Positions 10,052-19,848 of a stretch of 64,000 nt of DNA are shown piece by piece. The notes beneath the pieces are model-generated. The model saw only the letters and a list, made by a program, of their open reading frames with translations. It was not told the DNA's origin and ran no database searches. How positions within the stretch are numbered: the first letter of the stretch is position 1; every line of letters begins with the position of its first letter. Made by a program: the position numbers and the translations under genes. Origin of the DNA: a virus; IMG/VR virus record IMGVR_UViG_3300025005_000002, positions 32,001 through 96,000 of that record. One strand, 5' to 3'.

Positions 10052-10343
10052 TAGACCAATGAAGCATAAAATAGATAGGCTTGTTGAAGTATATATACAA
10101 TTAGAGGAAATTAGTCCTGGGTATGTCTATAAAACTATGATGGCTGTTCCAGTTGCGAGATCAAATGAATTTGGGGCAAAATTGCTCACAAAAAATCCAA
10201 GATTATTAGCCAAGGTTTCAAAAATTATGGGTAGAGCAAAACCAGGGTATAAGAAATATACTGATATGACTAGGAAACAAATTATTCCAGGGATACTTGG
10301 GAAAAACCAAAATATACTGAAATCATTAGGTATTATAAAATAA
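10041..10343 (+). CDS. Basic hypothetical protein
   Basis: Resembles 8760..9065 around LEEISPGYV. Confidence 0.55.
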   Translation: MMGDRPMKHKIDRLVEVYIQLEEISPGYVYKTMMAVPVARSNEFGAKLLTKNPRLLAKVSKIMGRAKPGYKKYTDMTRKQIIPGILGKNQNILKSLGIIK

Positions 10344-10544
10344 ATGTGCAAATTTTGGCCCAACAATAAGGCTGATCAGCCAAATGTATTCCCTGCACAG
10401 ATAGTATATGACTGTTTCCAATGTGACGAGGCTTTTATTGGAAATATTACGCATTGCCCTAAATGTGGGGCTAAATTATATCAATTATATCCATTCCATG
10501 GTACTGGTATAAGTGAGTGTTTAGAAGCAATGAAAACACGATAA
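10344..10544 (+). CDS. Small zinc-ribbon protein
   Basis: CFQC..CPKC. Confidence 0.5.
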   Translation: MCKFWPNNKADQPNVFPAQIVYDCFQCDEAFIGNITHCPKCGAKLYQLYPFHGTGISECLEAMKTR

Positions 10545-10571
10545 AAACGTAAAATTAGGAGGTTTAATAGC

Positions 10572-11039
10572 ATGGGAATGTATGATAATGTAAATTTAGA
10601 ATTGACCACACCATTACCAGAATTTGAAGGTGACCCAGCTTTAGTAGAATGGCAGACTAAGGATATCCATCATGATCCATGTTTAGATACCTATATTATT
10701 AAGGGCAATAGACTAGTTAAAATTTGCCATGAATGGGAAGAAGTACCTATGGGGGAACGTGTAAATATTATGGGTCTAAATGTTCCACTAATTAGGCCCA
10801 AGAAGACATGGGAGGAGGATACTGAGTATCATGGAAAGTTTAATTTCTATACAAATATAGATACTAAAGATAAGGATGGTAAGGAAATTCAAATTTGGTA
10901 TGAATATATAGCGAAATTTACAGATGGAGAATTGGTTAATATTAGTATAGTTGCTAAGAATAGTGAATATTCACATAGTATCGTATTACCCCCAGAAAAG
11001 GACATAATATTAACACATGAATATGGGAAGAGGGATTAA
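10572..11039 (+). CDS. Conserved-looking phage hypothetical protein
   Basis: RBS AGGAGG; MGMYD..WQTKD..AKFTDGELV pattern. Confidence 0.7.
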   Translation: MGMYDNVNLELTTPLPEFEGDPALVEWQTKDIHHDPCLDTYIIKGNRLVKICHEWEEVPMGERVNIMGLNVPLIRPKKTWEEDTEYHGKFNFYTNIDTKDKDGKEIQIWYEYIAKFTDGELVNISIVAKNSEYSHSIVLPPEKDIILTHEYGKRD

Positions 11040-12237
11040 ATAATGCAACACAAAGGATGTAATCATGCAAAACAAAAAAGGTCCTGTTGTCCGAGCTGCC
11101 CAATTAAAGAATATAGTCAAGAAGGAAATCCCAATGGAGATACAAATTTGTCACGAGATATCCAATGGGTTCGCAGAGATAATAAATGAGATACGCGAAC
11201 AGGAGAAAAAGACACTAAATAATTACACAGAGAATTAATTTGAATGTCTTAAAGAAAGATAATATATATTACGTAAATTCTGCTATTAGTGATAAAGAAA
11301 TAGCTAGTGTATCAATTGTATGGCAAATGGTTGGTGCGATTAGTATAACCAATGATATAAATATTCCAGTGATACATCAAAAATTGCATGATGTTTATAA
11401 CAGTATAACAAATATTTTCTATAGTAATGCCGAAAGAATGTAATTCCTACATATCGAATAGGGAACAAACTATATTTCTTATGCTTATACATCACATATT
11501 GACTATGGTATCTATCCAATACGAACCAATAATCTCGATAAAATTGAATAATTTAATTATTAATTTGGCTGAGGATTTACAGAGATTACCAATAGCTCAT
11601 ACACGATGAGACTTAAATCTATAGATCAATTAATTAAAGATAGAGAACCACTTAGTCAGGTTATAATATTAGTATCAACTGCTAGGTTGATGATATCCCC
11701 AATTAATTATGTAAATCCTTACATAATGAAACATTTTTCTGATAATAAGGAAGTAGGAGAGATATTTAGACGACTATGGTCATTATATGGAAAATTGCGT
11801 TATCTTAGGGGTACTATCGACCCATTTATATAAACCTATCATTAAACGATAAACAAATTATGGATAATGACATCGAGTATTGGCAGAAGTATCAAGTTAG
11901 TGAAAAATTAACTCAGTTTTTACATTGGATAATGAAAGCACAAATAAAAGGTAATACCTTTGAGCATTTAATAATAATTAGGGTTATAGGTATAAGAGAT
12001 ACAATATTTGACCAAGAATATGTAAGACATAATATGGAGCAATATCATAATGGAAATGACAGAATTAATAAACAAAATTAAAGCAGAATTATATATCGCA
12101 GAACATTTTATTAAATTATTTGGCATACCAAGGGATAGTGTTATCTGTGATATGTTATTAGATATTCGATGTAAATTAAATAATTTATATAAATATGAGG
12201 AAGTAAATAATATTACAAGTAAAGCACGTATTTCAAT

Positions 12238-12648
12238 ATGAAGGAGGTTATTGATATGGCATTAATAGCCCCAAAGCCTTGGCCAATACCAATTAATACA
12301 CAAAGTTGTATGATAACAGCTGGTGTAATGTATAGTGCGTCAATTAAGGGTACTGAAATAAATAGTTTGATATGTGAAGCATATGATTTAATCCATAAGT
12401 ATGAAAATTTTTATGGTGATACAAACATGAGAAGTGAGTGTAATGATAGGTTAGATAGGGTAAGAAATTTGGTAATACTGCAATGGCCAAAATATCAAGG
12501 TATGACAGGACAGAGTACACTGACTGGTTCATTGATATATGGTAGTAAGGAAGATTATTCGTTAAAGTCAAAAAATCCTTGGTATAAACCTATTGAGGAA
12601 TTAGCCAAGGCAATAGCATGGAATTTAGGTTTATATAAGATATCATGA
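12238..12648 (+). CDS. Hypothetical protein
   Basis: 136-aa ORF inside the microprotein array, ATGA overlaps at both ends. Confidence 0.55.
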   Translation: MKEVIDMALIAPKPWPIPINTQSCMITAGVMYSASIKGTEINSLICEAYDLIHKYENFYGDTNMRSECNDRLDRVRNLVILQWPKYQGMTGQSTLTGSLIYGSKEDYSLKSKNPWYKPIEELAKAIAWNLGLYKIS

Positions 12649-14186
12649 CAAAGGATCAAAAACAATTTAGTATGTTGTATTGTCTTAGAATAAATTTATT
12701 TTATGGTATGGATATGTGTGACAAGGCAGGTTTGTCATATATATTGATAAATAAGATTGAACATGTTAAGGACGATATTACTAAGTTGAGTAATTATTTT
12801 GGTGATATGGGGTTAAGATGACAGATATAGTTTACCAAAATGAGGTTGATGATGCAACTTGGTTGTTATATCATGCTTATATTTATATTAAAAAATATAA
12901 TGAAATACCAGAATTTCAAATACCACCATTTAGAGTAGGTTTAGCAGGTAGAATGAAGGATTTATTAAGGATGTGGGGTAATATGAATTGGCGTGAGGAG
13001 GTTTAGCAATGAAAGTAAATTGGTGGGGTGTTTTGGGTATGGTTTTAATAATAATATCAGCATGTATTATGATTAAGGTGATTATATTATTGTTAGTTTG
13101 AGTGGGTTTAGTTGTGTAACGCCCATTAATGTAACGTTCAATTTACCTATAAAAATTTGCATTTATTTGTAGGAGTATACACATGGCAATACCACCAGGA
13201 TATGATAAAGATTGGTTGATAACTACCAGGTATTGGATATCACAGACTATTAAGAATATAAACCAAGCTAATTTACCCAGGGAATTGGTCATTAAGATGC
13301 ACACTATTAATGAATCAATAGATGATATAATGTTTAATTCAGAAAATGGTTATACAAAATGGGCAAGATCATTAATACCAGAGAAGCCCCTTAATGATGT
13401 CAAAAGATAAGGTAGGAGACAGTATTGATATGTGGGAGGTACAAGATCGTTTGGATTATGCTTACGTGAATTTAATTAAGTTGTATTATATGGATTTGGC
13501 TAGAAGGGTAAGGGAATTAGCAAATAGTGTAGTCAGTGTGGCGTATGACGGATGACAAGAGTAAATATGGTTGAGTGTATTACTAGTTTAACATTTGAAC
13601 ATAATGCTAATATTATGAAAGTAGTGAATATGTTACGTGATGTGTATAATTTGGTAGATATTATTAATGTTAGGGATAAAATACAAAAGGTAGATGTAAA
13701 ATTAGTAAGACGATTAAAGTACACGGGGTAATGGGTAAGGTAGGTCATATTGCCCAGGTATGTACGCACATTACAAAAGTGCCATATAACTTAGATTTGA
13801 GGGATGTTCAGTACAGGATAATGATATTGCGCCTTGATCTTTTAATATTATTGCAAGACATTAGAGATAAATGCCAAAATCACAGGTAAGCACATTGGGC
13901 ATGATTAAGGAAGATATAGAGAAGTTAAACCATTCAATTAGGTTATATAAAGTTGTAAGTAAGTTAGAAGATACATTATACCCTTTCCCAGAGTTTTTAG
14001 TAATAAATAAAAGGACCATTGTGTTAATGAATAATATAAGGAAGTTAATAAACGATAAGAAATGATGTTACATAAGGAAATTAAGTTATGGGGATATTTA
14101 CATGGTATTAAATGATTTATTTTTATTATGTAATAGGTTAAGTATGGAAGAAATATGTAAAAAGATAGAGAGTGTAGAATATAAAT

Positions 14187-14277
14187 TGCAACAAAATGTT
14201 GCGTTACTGGATAACCCATGCAACATTTTGTTGCACCCCCATGCAACATTTTGTTGCACCCATGCAACATTTTGTTG
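14187..14277. repeat. Four copies of the palindrome TGCAACA-N3-TGTTGC(A)
   Basis: One copy with AAA spacer at 14187-14202; three tandem CCCATGCAACATTTTGTTG copies at about 14215, 14238 and 14259. Confidence 0.9.
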
Positions 14278-14290
14278 TATATAATATTTT

Positions 14291-14590
14291 AAATATATCC
14301 TTAGTTTTATTTTAATACCCCTAAAAATATATCCTTAGTTTTATTTTAATACCCCTAAAAATATATCCTTAGTTTTATTTTAATACCCCTAAAAATATAT
14401 CCTTAGTTTTATTTTAATACCCCTAAAAATATATCCTTAGTTTTATTTTAATACCCCTAAAAATATATCCTTAGTTTTATTTTAATACCCCTAAAAATAT
14501 ATCCTTAGTTTTATTTTAATACCCCTAAAAATATATCCTTAGTTTTATTTTAATACCCCTAAAAATATATCCTTAGTTTTATTTTAATAC
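14291..14590. repeat. Perfect 34-bp tandem repeat, 8 full copies plus 1 partial
   Basis: Unit AAATATATCCTTAGTTTTATTTTAATACCCCTAA with period 34 from 14291 and no spacers. Confidence 0.97.
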
Positions 14591-14666
14591 ATCATAGGGG
14601 GAATGAAGGGGTAGAAATAAATATACCCCTACCATATGCCCTATACGGGCAACAGGAGGCAATAGA

Positions 14667-14837
14667 ATGACCGAATCTACCGGGCAGGAAGAGAAGCGCG
14701 ACTACACCAAGATGGCAAAGGGCATTGGTGACGAGGCTCTCAAGGCTGTCAGGGACGTGGTTTGTGTGGCGGTCGGCGTCGCCCTGTACGCCTGGATCAG
14801 CGCCCTGGGCACCAAGAACGAGACGCCCCAGGCGTAA
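14667..14837 (+). CDS. GC-rich 56-aa protein with a hydrophobic segment
   Basis: Hand-translated MTESTGQEEKRDYTKMAKGIGDEALKAVRDVVCVAVGVALYAWISALGTKNETPQA; RBS AGGAGG; below the track length cutoff. Confidence 0.65.
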   Translation: MTESTGQEEKRDYTKMAKGIGDEALKAVRDVVCVAVGVALYAWISALGTKNETPQA

Positions 14838-14844
14838 CAGGTAT

Positions 14845-15086
14845 GCTTTGGGAGGGCAGGTTGTTAATACTGCCCTCCCAAAGCGTAAAAAAATTTGTCT
14901 CATATAGATTTATAGAAATTAGTATTTGGGGGGATAATATGAAATGGACACCTAAAAAGGCAATATGCTTTGGGGTAGGATTAATTATATTTGGTGTTTG
15001 GTGGTTACGGAAACAGATCATAGGATAAGATTACTTTTGGGGTAGCGCTAATATTAGGCTACCCCAAAGCGTAAAAAAATTTGTCT
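14845..15086. repeat. Two hairpin-plus-conserved-tail elements
   Basis: 15-bp stem 14845-59/14870-84 and 11-bp stem 15036-46/15058-68; both contain the identical CCCAAAGCGTAAAAAAATTTGTCT. Confidence 0.85.
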
Positions 15087-15153
15087 TGTGTAAATTTCCG
15101 GAAATTAGTATTGAAAAAATATTTTTGGTAAGAGTACCAAAACCTGCTCATTA

Positions 15154-15284
15154 TCGCATTAGTATCTAATGATACTAATGTTAGTTAATCTAATAATAAT
15201 AATTTGACAGTATATTTTGTGGTTTACTTGGTGTCGCATTAGTATCTAATGATACTAATGTTAGTTAATCTAATAATAATAATT
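15154..15284. repeat. 51-bp direct repeat containing a palindrome
   Basis: TCGCATTAGTATCTAATGATACTAATGTTAGTTAATCTAATAATAATAATT at 15154-15204 and 15234-15284; CATTAGTATC/GATACTAATG inverted arms. Confidence 0.92.
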
Positions 15285-15541
15285 AACCTTGTCTCTCGAT
15301 CTAAGGGAAAGGATATCTTGATAAAGATATATAAAATGAATAGACATAAGGTTGATATATACCATGATTAAAACACAAATAGAAAAGGAAGAGGAAGTAA
15401 GAAAGACATTAATACAAGCATATCATATGTTACGTTTATATGATATAAATAAACAGTTAATTATAAGGGTGTATAATGTGTCTGTGAAAATTAGACTGTT
15501 GCCCATATACATAAAGTATGTGGGCAACAGGAGGCAATAGA

Positions 15542-15730
15542 ATGACCGAACCTACCGGTTATCTATTTACAACACATAAAGATAAAGTTAAATTGTGCGC
15601 TAAAGTTTATATACGCTGTTATTTATTAGAAGTATTTACAACACCATATATAAGTATAGAGTTAAAAATAAAATTAAAAAAGTTTATGCTAAATTATATA
15701 GCATATAGAGACATACACCACACAAGGTAA
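15542..15730 (+). CDS. Microprotein sharing RBS and first codons with 14667..14837
   Basis: 37-bp near-identical leader at 15522-15558 and 14647-14683. Confidence 0.5.
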   Translation: MTEPTGYLFTTHKDKVKLCAKVYIRCYLLEVFTTPYISIELKIKLKKFMLNYIAYRDIHHTR

Positions 15731-16568
15731 TTATATATAGAGAGTCTGGTCGTGTACAAGGTCATAATATACTATATATTATAATACGGAGGGGGCCCAA
15801 TTTGGATATACACATATTTTTCACGGAAATAATATAGATTCATGGATAGTGATATAGATTCACGTCTCAGATTATTGTGCGAGGCCATTTTTGCTCTGCC
15901 GTGGTCCTTTGGTGGTAAAAGTAAGATGGACAAAGTTTGGAGTAGATTAGTATATGCTGGATATCTAATTAAGAATTACCAGGAAGTAGTGAAGGTCCAT
16001 ATTTAGTCATGATGTACTTGTGCACGTGTAATAATAATGAAGGTGGAAAGGGTATAAACAAATATATCACCAAATGGGAGGTATGGAGAGCCCTTAGGAA
16101 CGCAGAAATAGCAATGTTAAAATACAAAACAAAAGGAGATAACAAATGATTAAGATCATGATAATCATCTTCGTTTTAATATTTGCCCTATACATTTTAC
16201 GAAAAGTTGCCGAGTACAATTATAAACGGTGGGGTAGATTCGATGAATAAGAAATATCTAAAGTATGATCCGTTACACCAGCAAGGAAAGAGAGGAAGGG
16301 GAAAAAAGGAATGATGACGAAAGAAGCGCCGCCGCGCCAGCGGCGAGGGGAGGGAAGGATGAAGCCGATCAAGGCGTGGGCGATAGGAACATTTTCGGGC
16401 GGTAAACTGTTGGGCATCGTTAGATACCAACTCAAAATGAAGACGAGGGAACCGTGTCTATACCATACCAAGGCTGACGCGCTCCGTGATGTCGAAATTG
16501 CCCTGCCGGAGGATATAACCGCTCGCCCCGTCCGCGTGACGATCACGGTGGAGGAATAGGGGGGAGAG

Positions 16569-17213
16569 ATGATGGAAAGATGCGGCAAATGCGGGATGGT
16601 AGAGGAAAGTTCAATCCACGACATCAACAGTCCAGATACAGAAATACGAAGGGTGGCGCATCACTTCGAGTTGGTAGCCCCATGCCCTCGATGCGCCATA
16701 AAGGACGCCGCCCTCGCCGCCGCCAACGCCGAGAAGGACTTCTGGAAGTCGCACGATAAAGATGCCGACATTGTACGCGATTCCTACAACAAGGCCATTG
16801 AGGAAAGCGATCTTATTCGCGCTGACCTCGCCATCGCCAAGGCCGAGCTGACACGGCTGCGGGAGGCGATTGGGTGGGCAGAGTCTCACGCCCAAATATA
16901 CGCCACTGTCGGCGGATATAGATACGTTGATTTCGCATCCGAACTACGTCGCCGCGCCGGCGGCGAGGGGGAGGGCGGAATGATGTGGTGGTGCTGTTCC
17001 GCAGACTATCCCGATCACGATGAGAATTGCAAAGGAGGTGAGGGAAGGATGACGAGTGATCTTACTTGTGAGGATTGCGGGAGGGAGTTGCAGTTTGGCG
17101 TGGATGGGGTTTGTCGGTGTGGGAAACAACTATGCTTTGACTGTCACGAAAAGAATCACAAACGTTGCTATGAGATACCGGTACCTGGTGTGAAGGTCCC
17201 GGTGGGGGAATAG
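16569..17213 (+). CDS. Cys-rich / coiled-coil phage hypothetical protein
   Basis: RBS GGGGAG; modules AALAAANAEK, AELTRLREAIGWA, SELRRRAGG. Confidence 0.6.
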   Translation: MMERCGKCGMVEESSIHDINSPDTEIRRVAHHFELVAPCPRCAIKDAALAAANAEKDFWKSHDKDADIVRDSYNKAIEESDLIRADLAIAKAELTRLREAIGWAESHAQIYATVGGYRYVDFASELRRRAGGEGEGGMMWWCCSADYPDHDENCKGGEGRMTSDLTCEDCGRELQFGVDGVCRCGKQLCFDCHEKNHKRCYEIPVPGVKVPVGE

Positions 17214-17221
17214 GAGGGGAC

Positions 17222-17458
17222 GTGGACACTATAAGTTGTCAGCATGGCAATCTCGCCCGGTCCTGCGAAATCTGTGCATTGATCGCCGAGCGGGACGCGC
17301 TGAGGGAGGAAAACACCCGGTTCCGAGAGAAGCTGGACCGGGAGAAGATGGCGAAGATATTATGCGGCGGCAGAATGCGATGGAACGGGCTGTTCGAACT
17401 CACCCGCGACGGGTACAGAAGCGATGCCGACGTCCTGATCGCCTATCTTACCGAGTAG
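17222..17458 (+). CDS. Small phage hypothetical protein
   Basis: RBS AGGAGGGG; FREKLDREKM..YLTE module. Confidence 0.6.
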   Translation: MDTISCQHGNLARSCEICALIAERDALREENTRFREKLDREKMAKILCGGRMRWNGLFELTRDGYRSDADVLIAYLTE

Positions 17459-17469
17459 GAGGGGAACAT

Positions 17470-17778
17470 ATGTTACACCCGAACACAGGAATTGATCTCG
17501 GCAGGGAGGCTGACGAGGTTCGCAAGGAGAACGCCTCCTTTCGCGCCGCCCTCGCCGCCGCCGACGCGGAGCTGACGCGGCTGCGGGAGAGTAACGCGAG
17601 TCTGCTTGAAGGACTAAAATGCGTTGCCGACTTCGCATCCATGCCGCCCCGCGTAAGCCATGGCGCAAGTAACGGGAAGGATGAAATAGACAAACTGATC
17701 GCGGACATCGCCCTCGATTTATTGAAGCGGGTTGAATATAGATTGAGCCGCGCCGACGGCGAGGGGAGGGAAGGATGA
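17470..17778 (+). CDS. Coiled-coil phage hypothetical protein
   Basis: Likely start ATG 17470; RAALAAADAELTRLRE module. Confidence 0.55.
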   Translation: MLHPNTGIDLGREADEVRKENASFRAALAAADAELTRLRESNASLLEGLKCVADFASMPPRVSHGASNGKDEIDKLIADIALDLLKRVEYRLSRADGEGREG

Positions 17779-18023
17779 GCATTAATTGTGGATCGTGCGG
17801 AACGCCGTTGTACCACATTGACGAAGCCTGCCCGAATTGTTTGGCCGGGTCTCGGCTTGTCGATAGGCCACCAACACACCATATTCTCCCATGCCCCCAA
17901 TGCGCCCGCTTCCGAGAGAAGTTGGACAGGGAGAAGATGATTGAAACGGTGCTCGCGGGAACGAAAGGGGTATGGACATACGATACCCTTACCGATTTCC
18001 TTATTAAATATCTCACCGAGTAG
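17775..18023 (+). CDS. Zinc-finger phage hypothetical protein
   Basis: CGSC, CPNC, CPQC; FREKLDREKM..YLTE module. Confidence 0.6.
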   Translation: MSINCGSCGTPLYHIDEACPNCLAGSRLVDRPPTHHILPCPQCARFREKLDREKMIETVLAGTKGVWTYDTLTDFLIKYLTE

Positions 18024-18032
18024 GAGGAAACA

Positions 18033-18917
18033 ATGTACCAAGTATGCACGTGCCCGCAGTCGAATCTTACGGACGGGGATCCACATTGTTCCGTTCATGG
18101 GCAACCGTCGGAGTATAAGACTTATTCGTATTGCGAATCCTGTGTCGCCCTCCGCGCCGACCTCGCCGCCGCCAACGCCGCCAAAGAGGAAGAACAGAAG
18201 CGAAAGGAGTATTACCAAAATATCGTCTATGCGGTATGCAACGTACTCGATAAAATAAACGGATCGGCAATATGTTGCGGTACGAAAGACACTCCAACAA
18301 ATGAAGTCCAGGAAGCGATGTGCAGTCTGCAATCGAGATTGGCGGAACACACTCGCTGGGTATTACTAAATGCTGTTGATAAGAACGCATTACAGGAAGC
18401 GGAGGCCCACGCCAAGCGCCTTGAGGAATATATGCTCAAGGGCGTCGCGTTCAGGGATGAACTGCAGGCCCGCGTGAAAGAGTTGGAGTGCCAGAAGAAA
18501 GCACTCCAGCAAGTGAACGGGGAAACGGAATACAGGTTGTGCATGATACGGGAGGCGATAAAACGGAATGTAATAGACGCGCCAGACTTGCAGGCGGGAA
18601 ATATGAACGAAGCATATTTGGCATCTCTTGAATTGCAGCGTAGGAAAGAAGCCCTTACTGAAGCATACACCTCTTCCCCCCCATGCCGACACGAAGAGGA
18701 AGCGAAGCGGCTGAGGGAGGAATCACAAAGTGGGTTGGCGATGACTTCCTGCCCAGTCTGTGAGAGTGATGGCGCAAACACAAATGAATACAGGATCAAC
18801 AAGGAAATACACCGGCTACGGGAGGCGGTGGAATGGGCGCTTGGCATGTTGGATGACAATTGCGATCGGAGGTATATCCAATCCGAACTCCGCCGCCGCG
18901 CAGGGGGTGTCGAATGA
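18033..18917 (+). CDS. Coiled-coil phage hypothetical protein
   Basis: RBS AGGAGG; RADLAAANA, RLREAVEWA and SELRRRAGG modules. Confidence 0.65.
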   Translation: MYQVCTCPQSNLTDGDPHCSVHGQPSEYKTYSYCESCVALRADLAAANAAKEEEQKRKEYYQNIVYAVCNVLDKINGSAICCGTKDTPTNEVQEAMCSLQSRLAEHTRWVLLNAVDKNALQEAEAHAKRLEEYMLKGVAFRDELQARVKELECQKKALQQVNGETEYRLCMIREAIKRNVIDAPDLQAGNMNEAYLASLELQRRKEALTEAYTSSPPCRHEEEAKRLREESQSGLAMTSCPVCESDGANTNEYRINKEIHRLREAVEWALGMLDDNCDRRYIQSELRRRAGGVE

Positions 18918-18942
18918 TCGCCGCCTACCTGAAGGAGGGAAA

Positions 18943-19242
18943 ATGATGACGAAAACCGAGTGGAAGGATTTCGAGCGGGTTGAGCATCTGGCTGATGCCG
19001 TGGATAACCATGGCGTCGGATTCGGGAACCCACCAATGGATGACCAGATGGCTAGAACTATCCTCGCCGCCTATCGGGAACTGAAGGAACGCCGGGAGGA
19101 CGAAGAGTGGCTGAAAAAGCATTACGCTGATCTTATCTATCGTAATGACGGTGCGGTCAGTCTCCATGCGGCAGGAATAATCGGCAGGGCTATAGGACCC
19201 ACCCTCCACGACGCTGTGGACGTCGCCCGGGGAGGAAAATGA
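18943..19242 (+). CDS. Hypothetical protein
   Basis: RBS AGGAGG before ATG 18943. Confidence 0.55.
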   Translation: MMTKTEWKDFERVEHLADAVDNHGVGFGNPPMDDQMARTILAAYRELKERREDEEWLKKHYADLIYRNDGAVSLHAAGIIGRAIGPTLHDAVDVARGGK

Positions 19243-19354
19243 TGACGTTGCAGATGCTGTGGCTAACCGTTGTTGTCATAGTGGGGTTCGCATATGTGAT
19301 TTACTTATTGTGTAGGATATTTGATGCGATCAACGCCGCACGGGGGAAATAAAG

Positions 19355-19639
19355 ATGCTGAAGGAAGAGAGAGTATTCCGCCTGCGACTCAAGAAATTGT
19401 GCGGTATTGCCAACTGCGACCCACGCCCCATTCTTCGAGAACTAACATGGGTCGTGAAAGCCGTCCGGGAGGACGATGCGAAAGTGGTTGAAGGATGCGG
19501 AAACGACGAATTATATGAAGCCATCTCTGATGCTGTCCGGAAGGGGAAGCCGGTGCAACAGTGTACGTATTGCGGCTTAATGAAAGAAAATATTACGTCC
19601 AATGGTGAATGCAGAACGTGCCGCGCTGCGCATATATAA
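19355..19639 (+). CDS. Hypothetical protein with C-terminal CxxC pairs
   Basis: CTYC..CRTC. Confidence 0.5.
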   Translation: MLKEERVFRLRLKKLCGIANCDPRPILRELTWVVKAVREDDAKVVEGCGNDELYEAISDAVRKGKPVQQCTYCGLMKENITSNGECRTCRAAHI

Positions 19640-19848
19640 CCGTCTTCCGCGTTAAAGGAGAATGGGGATGTCTGAAATAAAGATTAGTTGTAATCAACAA
19701 GTTACGGCATTCCTTTACCAAGCCATGATGTATTTGAATCGTCGGCGGCATATGTCCCTTGCTCTGACAACCAATTTTCGCATAAGGGTAAGGCTACACA
19801 ATTTGTGGCAAAGGGTACACGGGTTATCATAACATGAGAGGAGAAAAT

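Larger units (their letters stand above)
11240..14284 (+). other. Array of translationally coupled 50-75 aa microprotein genes
   Basis: Track ORFs 11240, 11427, 11606, 11860, 12050, 12818, 13183, 13871 plus hand-read ORFs 12645..12821, 13394..13555, 13552..13731 and 13731..13889, many joined by ATGA/TAATG overlaps. Confidence 0.6.
16300..19650 (+). other. GC-rich island of modular small phage genes
   Basis: Abrupt rise in GC and in GC-ending codons; internally repeated DNA and peptide modules. Confidence 0.75.

Noticed and set aside
14291-14590. CRISPR array
   Set aside because: The 34-bp units are directly adjacent and identical, with no unique spacers and no cas genes in the window.
11240-16200. 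Diversity-generating retroelement behind the microprotein diversity
   Set aside because: No reverse transcriptase and no TR/VR pair differing only at adenines was seen; the duplications found are exact or nearly so.
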